Origin: Candidatus Hydrogenedentota bacterium
GTDB lineage: Bacteria > Hydrogenedentota > Hydrogenedentia > Hydrogenedentales > SLHB01
Direction of reading: 5' to 3'
Assembly: GCA_963668025.2 (NCBI GenBank)
Contig: CAXXTH010000010.1
Location: 1,152,001 to 1,216,000 of the forward strand
Length of the DNA: 64,000 nt
The position numbers were made by a program, and so were the translations under genes. Below, one piece after another: positions 57,787-64,000 of this stretch. Position 1 is the stretch's first letter. Each line of letters begins with the position of its first letter. The notes below the pieces were generated by a model, which did not search any database, had not been told where the DNA came from, and was given only the letters and a program-made list of their open reading frames with translations.

Positions 57787-59823
57787 ATGGCCGCTGTGGA
57801 TGCCGGCAAGGTGCGCAATGTAGGAATTCTGGGGCATGGTGGAACAGGTAAGACAACGCTCATTGAACACATCCTCCATGCCGCCGGCAAGACCAGCCGC
57901 ATAGGCCGGATCGAAGATGGGAACACAGTAGGCGATTACTTGGAAGATGAAGTCACGCGCAGGCAATCCATTTCCATGAAACTCATGCATGTGGAGTGGA
58001 ATGGCTCGCGGGTGCATCTCGTGGATCATCCGGGCTATGTGGATTTCATCGGCGAAGTGGCGTCTTCCGTGCCATTGCTGGATGGCTTGGTCATTATCGT
58101 TGATGCAACTACGGGCGTGCAGGTGGGGACGGACAACGCCATCCGCTATGCGGACATGTTCAATGTGCCTCGCGCCATATTTGTCAATAAGTGTGACCGT
58201 GAAAACGTGGATTTCGACAGCATTGTTTCCCAGCTCCAATTCGCTTATGGCGCCCAGTGTGTTCCGCTGGTTATCCCCGTTGGCATTGGAGAGCAGCTTA
58301 AGGGGGCAGTGAACATCCTCACGGGCCAGAATGCAGAGGTGGCGGATCAAATCGAAGAGTTGAAATCGGGCTTAACCGATGTAGTGGCGGAATCGGATGA
58401 CGAGCTGCTGGAAAAATACCTTGAAACTGGCGAGGTGAGCCCCGAAGAGTTCAATAAGGGCCTGCACAATGGCATTCAGTCGGGCAAAATCATCCCGATA
58501 ATCGCGGGAAGCGTTGCAAAGGAAATCGGCATCAATGAATTGATGGATGTGATTGCCAATTCTTTTCCCTCGCCTCTGGATCGCAAGATTGTCGCCAAAC
58601 GAGGCAACGAAGAAGTCACGGTTAAAGTGGACCCGAACGGCCCGTTTCTTGGCCAAGTGTTCCGCAGTGTAGTGGACCCCTTCGTGGGCCATCTGACGTT
58701 TTTCCGGGTGTTAAGCGGCACGTTGCGGGCGGACTCCGAATTTCTGAATACCTCTAACAACACGAAGGAACGCACGGGCAAGATTTTTATGATGTGCGGC
58801 AAGGAGCAGACCGCCGTGGAATCCGTTGGCCCCGGTGATTTGGCGGCGCTGACGAAGCTCAAGAACACGCATTTCGGCAATACCATGGCGGCTCTGGGCT
58901 CGGATTTGCTTCTTCCGACCATCGAGCTGCCGCCATCCATGGTGAAATTGGCCATCATTCCGAAATCGCGCGCGGATGAAGACAAGCTGGGTGAAGCGCT
59001 CAACGGCATTGCGGAAGAAGAGCCTACCTTCAAGCATTACCGCGACCCTGACACCAATGAACACGTGATTCGCGGCATGGGCGATTTGCAGCTTGATATT
59101 CTGTTGGACCGCATGAAACGCAAATATAACGTGGAAGCCGAAACCAAGACGCCCCGCGTGGCGTATAAAGAAACCGTGCGCGGCAAGTCGGATGTGCAAG
59201 GCAAACACAAGAAACAATCAGGCGGCCGCGGCCAGTATGGCGATGTGCATCTGCGCATTTCGCCTAATGAGCGTGGGAAAGGATACGAATTCGTCGATAG
59301 CATCGTGGGCGGCACGGTGCCGAAACAGTACATTCCGCATGTGGATAAAGGCGCGCACGACGCGCTTATCAAAGGCGTTATCGCCGGGTATCCCGTGGTG
59401 GATGTTATCGTGGACTTGCACTTTGGCTCTTACCATGACGTAGACTCTTCGGAAATGGCTTTCAAAATCGCCGCATCGCTGGCGATTCAAAAAGGCGTCA
59501 TCGCGGCGCAGCCTTGCTTGCTCGAACCGATCATGGAAATCGAGGTCACGGTGCCGGAAGAGTACATGGGCGATATTAATGGCGATATGAATAGTCGGCG
59601 CGGGCGCATCTTGGGCATGGAGCCTGTAGGCGGCGGACGCCAATGTATTCGTGCGATAGTTCCGGAAGCGGAGATATTGCGCTATTCGACGGAATTGCGC
59701 TCCATGACCGGCGGCCGGGGCAGTTATTCGGTCAAATTCGATCATTACGATGAAGTGCCGGAGCATGTCGCCCAGCAGATTATTGCGGAATACCAGGCAA
59801 AACGGGCCGCTGAAAACGAATAA
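57787..59823 (+). CDS. fusA: Elongation factor G-like protein (EF-G II paralogue)
   Basis: All five EF-G domains (GMG.L.L, P.V.Y.ET, KQSGG.GQYG, GSYH.VDSS..AF, LLEP, LRS.T.GRG); divergent G motifs GHGGTGKT, RQSI, DHPG, NKCD. Confidence 0.92.
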   Translation: MAAVDAGKVRNVGILGHGGTGKTTLIEHILHAAGKTSRIGRIEDGNTVGDYLEDEVTRRQSISMKLMHVEWNGSRVHLVDHPGYVDFIGEVASSVPLLDGLVIIVDATTGVQVGTDNAIRYADMFNVPRAIFVNKCDRENVDFDSIVSQLQFAYGAQCVPLVIPVGIGEQLKGAVNILTGQNAEVADQIEELKSGLTDVVAESDDELLEKYLETGEVSPEEFNKGLHNGIQSGKIIPIIAGSVAKEIGINELMDVIANSFPSPLDRKIVAKRGNEEVTVKVDPNGPFLGQVFRSVVDPFVGHLTFFRVLSGTLRADSEFLNTSNNTKERTGKIFMMCGKEQTAVESVGPGDLAALTKLKNTHFGNTMAALGSDLLLPTIELPPSMVKLAIIPKSRADEDKLGEALNGIAEEEPTFKHYRDPDTNEHVIRGMGDLQLDILLDRMKRKYNVEAETKTPRVAYKETVRGKSDVQGKHKKQSGGRGQYGDVHLRISPNERGKGYEFVDSIVGGTVPKQYIPHVDKGAHDALIKGVIAGYPVVDVIVDLHFGSYHDVDSSEMAFKIAASLAIQKGVIAAQPCLLEPIMEIEVTVPEEYMGDINGDMNSRRGRILGMEPVGGGRQCIRAIVPEAEILRYSTELRSMTGGRGSYSVKFDHYDEVPEHVAQQIIAEYQAKRAAENE

Positions 59824-59842
59824 GCGCTTTGCACATGTATTA

Positions 59843-59882
59843 AGGCAAGGGCATCCACGGGGCGGCCCTTGCCTGTTTATTT
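59843..59882 (+). terminator. Intrinsic terminator after the EF-G-like gene
   Basis: AGGCAAGGGC-loop-GCCCTTGCCT-GTTTATTT. Confidence 0.72.
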
Positions 59883-59989
59883 GATGCGGAAGCCTAGCTT
59901 TTTAGAAAACCCGCACTGGCCTGGAGGCCATCATCAAAAGCGGGTATGCATGCCGCTGGTATAAATAGAATCTAAACAGCGGGAACAGG

Positions 59990-61309
59990 ATGGAATCGGA
60001 ACCAGTTATGCGTAGAAATATCGTCCACATGGGAGCCGATGCGCTCCAATACGAAATTCGCGAAATTGTACTTGTCGGCCACGAAATGCGCCGGATGGGC
60101 CAGACCCTGACGTGGGAAAATATCGGTGATCCCGTGCAAAAGGGCGAATCGCCGCCGGAGTGGATCAAGGAGATCGTCCGCGAGTTGGTGGATGATCCGA
60201 TGTCATGGGCCTATTGCGATACGGCTGGCGTGCCTGCCGTGCGCGAATTCCTTGCATCCAACGTGAACAAGCGCGAGGGCGGCGTTCAGATAGGTGCGGA
60301 CGATATTTTGTTTTTTAATGGATTGGGCGACGCCGTGGCGAAAGTGTACGGTTTTTTGCGGCGTGAAGCCCGGGTGCTGGGCCCATCGCCCGCATACAGC
60401 ACGCATTCAAGCGCGGAGGCCGCCCATTCTGGATACAGCCAAGTGACGTATGAGCTGGACCCCTTGAATGGATGGATGCCCGATGTGGAGGACATCCGAA
60501 ATAAGGTCAAATATAACGATTCCATAGCTGGCATTTTATTGTTATCGCCCGACAATCCTACCGGCGCGGTGTATCCGCGCGAGATAGTTGAAGAGATTGC
60601 CCAAATCGCCCGCGAGTACCGCTTATTTATGATAGCCGATGAAATTTATGCGCACATTGTCTACAACGGAAATACGCGGCTGCACATGAGCCAGTGGATT
60701 GGAGATGTGCCAGCGCTGGCCATGCGGGGCATTAGCAAGGAATATCCGTGGCCCGGTTCCCGCTGCGGCTGGATAGAAGTGCTCAATAAGGATAAAGATG
60801 AGAACTTCGCTACGTATGTGCGCAGCATCTTGGCGGCCAAACGCTTAGAGGTTTCGAGCACAACTCTTCCGCAAATGTCTATTCCCCGTGTGATGGGGGA
60901 CAGCCGCTATCCCGGCCATTTAGCGCGCAGGGAAGCACTGTTCGCCGTCCGCGCGCAAGAGGCGTATGACGCCTTTTCGGATTGCAGCGCGGTCATTGCC
61001 AATAAGCCATGCGGCGCTTTCTACTTCACCGTGATGTTTAAGGATAGGCTTCTCAACAACAGCCAGACGCTGCCTATTGAGAATCCGGCCATCCGGGCGC
61101 GTATCGAAGAGCTCGTGAAGGGAGTCGCCCCTGATAAACGGTTTGTGTATTACCTTATGGGCGCTACTGGTATTGTAGTGGTGCCGCTCACCGGTTTCCA
61201 GTGCAGGCATGACGGATTCCGAATGACCTTGCTGGAATCAGATGATGAAAAGCGGTCTTGGATCTTCAAAACCTTGCGCTGGGCTATCGACACGTATCTG
61301 GCCAGTTAA
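59990..61309 (+). CDS. PLP-dependent class I/II aminotransferase (AlaA/AspC-like)
   Basis: NIGDP, P.NPTG..Y, DEIY, G.SK....PG.R.GW, GAFY. Confidence 0.92.
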   Translation: MESEPVMRRNIVHMGADALQYEIREIVLVGHEMRRMGQTLTWENIGDPVQKGESPPEWIKEIVRELVDDPMSWAYCDTAGVPAVREFLASNVNKREGGVQIGADDILFFNGLGDAVAKVYGFLRREARVLGPSPAYSTHSSAEAAHSGYSQVTYELDPLNGWMPDVEDIRNKVKYNDSIAGILLLSPDNPTGAVYPREIVEEIAQIAREYRLFMIADEIYAHIVYNGNTRLHMSQWIGDVPALAMRGISKEYPWPGSRCGWIEVLNKDKDENFATYVRSILAAKRLEVSSTTLPQMSIPRVMGDSRYPGHLARREALFAVRAQEAYDAFSDCSAVIANKPCGAFYFTVMFKDRLLNNSQTLPIENPAIRARIEELVKGVAPDKRFVYYLMGATGIVVVPLTGFQCRHDGFRMTLLESDDEKRSWIFKTLRWAIDTYLAS

Positions 61310-61321
61310 AGCGGATTTCGT

Positions 61322-62176
61322 CTACCGGGCGATCTCGGTTAACTCGCGGACCTCGGGCAGGCATTTGATAAAGCCTCCGACAAGTTTCGGAGCCAGCTTG
61401 CTCGTGACGCCCGATGCGGCCCACACTTGTTTATCCAAATCGATAAGGCCGGTGTCCCATACGGACACCAGGCCACAATTCGAGCAGATAAAGTCTGCGA
61501 CACTCAACAGCGCCGCGATACGCTGGGCGAATGGATTTGGACAGCGGGAAATATCGTGATGGCCCGAAATCGCCCACATGAGTGAATCAGGCAGTTTCCA
61601 GCTCAACGCGAGGCGTGCGCCGAGTTCCGCATGATCACAACCCAAAATCTCCTGCTCGGCTTCGTATGAAGGCATGTGGCCCATCTTGCATTTCGCCTCG
61701 ACAAGGGCTGTCTCACGCGGGAGATACTCAAGGAAAATGATTTTTCCTATGTCATGAAGCAGGCCGTAGACAAAGGCGTCCTGCGCAAGCAAGGGCATAT
61801 CGGAAGCGCAGGTTTCAACGAGAACGCGCATCGCCACTCCGCACGCCACACAATGGACCAGCAGTTCGTCCGCGCCTTTTTTAAAGGTCTCGAAAACGGT
61901 CGCGGAGAGCACGAGATTGCGGATTACTTTGAGGCCAAGAAGCATGACGGCATGCTCGATGCTGACGATTTGGTTGGGCAGGGAATAATGGGCTGAATTC
62001 ACTAAACGGAGTGCTTTAATGGCAATGGCGGGATCTGCTGACACAACCTTTCCTACGGCAGCCAGGGAACAATCCGGATCCGACATCAGATCAGTAATAC
62101 GTGCAAGCGTGGTGGGCTGGCTTGGCAGCGTAATGATCTCTTCAAGCAGGACGTCGATTTTGCTCGGTTCAGACAC
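61322..62176 (-). CDS. HDOD domain protein
   Basis: LPS.P, DPAI....LR..NS..Y, A...LG, GLLHDIGK, E....G..HA..G..L...W.LP, HH. Confidence 0.92.
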   Translation of the reverse strand: MSEPSKIDVLLEEIITLPSQPTTLARITDLMSDPDCSLAAVGKVVSADPAIAIKALRLVNSAHYSLPNQIVSIEHAVMLLGLKVIRNLVLSATVFETFKKGADELLVHCVACGVAMRVLVETCASDMPLLAQDAFVYGLLHDIGKIIFLEYLPRETALVEAKCKMGHMPSYEAEQEILGCDHAELGARLALSWKLPDSLMWAISGHHDISRCPNPFAQRIAALLSVADFICSNCGLVSVWDTGLIDLDKQVWAASGVTSKLAPKLVGGFIKCLPEVRELTEIAR

Positions 62177-62447
62177 CGTTCACCACGTCCAACGCGGGCG
62201 CATCAAGCCCATTCGACCCATACGCCCGCTCTTGCATGCACAAAATCTCGATGGCTTGGCCCGGTGTAAGTTGCTCTAGATACTGGCTTAACAGGATTTT
62301 GTGAATGCCGCCATTCGGATCCGCACAAATAAGCACCGCACCTTTGGGATGCTCCCGCGGGCCCACCAACACAATTTTAGCGGGCCGGCCATCCAAAAAG
62401 CGGAGCGAACCAATCGTAGCTCCGCTCTGCTGAGACCATTCAATCAC
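62169..62447 (-). CDS. Small hypothetical protein
   Basis: 92 aa; starts 4 bp after the upstream stop and overlaps the HDOD start. Confidence 0.5.
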   Translation of the reverse strand: MIEWSQQSGATIGSLRFLDGRPAKIVLVGPREHPKGAVLICADPNGGIHKILLSQYLEQLTPGQAIEILCMQERAYGSNGLDAPALDVVNGV

Positions 62448-62450
62448 CGA

Positions 62451-62834
62451 CTAGAAGACGTAATCCGGCTCGAGAATGGCGTCATAATTTACGTCCCGAT
62501 CCGAGAACGGGAACGTGGCCATCTCGAAAACGCCTGTGCTTGTGCGCATGACGGCGCGTCCCGCGCCAAGAACGGGCGCTACTCCGACCAGATACCCGAG
62601 CGGCTTGCCTTCTTTGAGTTTTTTATCCCATGTCACAGGGATTTCCGCCCACCCCAGAACGACGTTCGAAAGGCCGCGGCCAAGTTTCGTGAGCGCCTTT
62701 TCGACGCCCGTCGGCGCCGGGATCTCATTATCTGGGTCGTAGGTGAGCGGTTCCGCGAAAACTTGCGCCACTGGCGCAGCCATCGCCACGATTACTGCTA
62801 TCGCGATCACGCGTGCCCACGATTTCATCATCAT
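62451..62834 (-). CDS. Exosortase-system-associated protein (TIGR04073-like)
   Basis: Signal peptide; KLGRG..N...GW.EIP ... R...G.FE..TFP ... PDY.F. Confidence 0.75.
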   Translation of the reverse strand: MMMKSWARVIAIAVIVAMAAPVAQVFAEPLTYDPDNEIPAPTGVEKALTKLGRGLSNVVLGWAEIPVTWDKKLKEGKPLGYLVGVAPVLGAGRAVMRTSTGVFEMATFPFSDRDVNYDAILEPDYVF

Positions 62835-63137
62835 CCCCTTCGAAGCCTCCCAGTCATATGGTTCAAATTCAAGTAAACAAACTACTTTTGCAACAAACCG
62901 AGTCTAGCACACGCAAAAATACTTGTCAAACGTATCGTTAGCCCCGCCAGGTCATCTCTAGTGGCTGCTTATACGTTCATTCTCTTAGTCTTAATAGGTG
63001 AACCCTGGAAATCTGGACATAGGCGCGCCGGATTCAGTACGATTAAGGGGCATAGTGCAAGTGTTGCCTTGGGCAGCCTCGCGCCATCCATAACTGATTT
63101 CAAAACACGTCCCGCCTGGACGGATGAGGAGCTATTC

Positions 63138-63737
63138 ATGGGTAAGAAATGCATCGTTTGTATAACCGCGTGCGCTGTCGCGCTGTCTTTAGCCATCAGC
63201 GGTTGCAAAACATATGGCGAAGGCGCGGCTGCGGGCGCGGCCACGGGCGCATTGGCAGGCGGCATTATTGGCCATCAATCTGGCCATCGTGATCAAGGCG
63301 CGGTCATCGGTGCGGTCTTAGGCGGTTTGGGCGGCTTGATCGCACATGATGTGAAAGCGCGCAAAGTGAATGAAGCCGGCCCGGCTCCCGCGCCGCCTCA
63401 AACGCAGCAAGGCGAGTCATTGTATCTCTCGGATGCGCGGGTATTGCCCAGCATCATCCGCCCGGGCAATCGGGGGGAAGCGACGGTGCAATATACCGTG
63501 AGCGGCGCAGGCCCGAAAGGAGTGCAAATCCGCGAAGAACGCACCCTTCGCCATAACGGCGAATTGGTCGCTACGCTTTCCTCGCAAACATTCACGAGGA
63601 CAGATGGCACTTGGGTGAGCACGCAGCAATTCGATATACCAACCAGTTTCCAGCTAGGCGAATACACCATGGTGCAAACAATTGAAGCGCCCAATTCGCA
63701 GATCTCGGGGCAGTCGGCGTTTAATGTTATGGATTAA
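63138..63737 (+). CDS. Glycine-zipper lipoprotein
   Basis: GAGGAG RBS; ISGC lipobox; GAA.GA..GA..G.IIG.Q.G....GA.IGA..GG..G. Confidence 0.85.
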   Translation: MGKKCIVCITACAVALSLAISGCKTYGEGAAAGAATGALAGGIIGHQSGHRDQGAVIGAVLGGLGGLIAHDVKARKVNEAGPAPAPPQTQQGESLYLSDARVLPSIIRPGNRGEATVQYTVSGAGPKGVQIREERTLRHNGELVATLSSQTFTRTDGTWVSTQQFDIPTSFQLGEYTMVQTIEAPNSQISGQSAFNVMD

Positions 63738-63797
63738 TGGGCAGTTGAATTGATGTGCGCGGATTTAGGCTATGCCCCCGGCGGGGAGTGGGAGGAT

Positions 63798-64000
63798 ATG
63801 ATGAGCCAAGTGAAGCGGATGAGCGTGGTGTTGCTTGCATGCGTAGGAGTGTTAGCTATTGCTTCGTGCAGCAAGCCGCCCGCGCAACGGGGAGGAGCTG
63901 GGGGTTCTTCGGCTACTGATACGGCCCCTCCTTCCGCTTTTTCGGCAGCCGCGCCCGGCGCATCCGTCGAGTCTTCTTCGGAGGCCATTCCAGCCGCTTC
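63798..64000 (+). CDS. Probable lipoprotein, 5' part (runs off window)
   Basis: GGAGG RBS; MMSQVKRMSVVLLACVGVLAIASCSK..., open to the window end. Confidence 0.65.
   Translation, partial: MMSQVKRMSVVLLACVGVLAIASCSKPPAQRGGAGGSSATDTAPPSAFSAAAPGASVESSSEAIPAA

Overview
This is a GC-rich, gene-dense bacterial chromosome segment. A DUF1559/H-X9-DG pilin-like gene, many glycoside hydrolases and a TolC/exosortase-type diderm envelope suggest a PVC-like or Candidatus Hydrogenedentota organism (inference). Housekeeping content: dnaX with the SRP RNA upstream, ispH, nadE, an EF-G paralogue, htpX, a MacAB-TolC-type exporter and a B12/iron ABC importer. Carbohydrate genes include GH5-like, GH51, GH38, GH78, a beta-propeller hydrolase and AraC. 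No rRNA, tRNA, CRISPR array or transposase was seen. Best leads: (1) a putative glycan-capture locus of DUF1559 pilin + CBM-PASTA protein with an LPVAG-TM-basic sorting tail + glycosidases under LacI-type palindromes; (2) a coupled small ORF + XPB-associated (Helicase_C_3)-WYL gene with no helicase nearby; (3) an identical 16-bp palindrome upstream of two glycosidases 16 kb apart; (4) a sigma-54-driven stand-alone MshEN/zinc-ribbon protein; (5) an SRP RNA with an extended stem. Caveat: five +1 homopolymer frameshifts point to assembly errors, and GH51 carries two in-frame stops. All family assignments come from motif recognition by eye, not from database searches.
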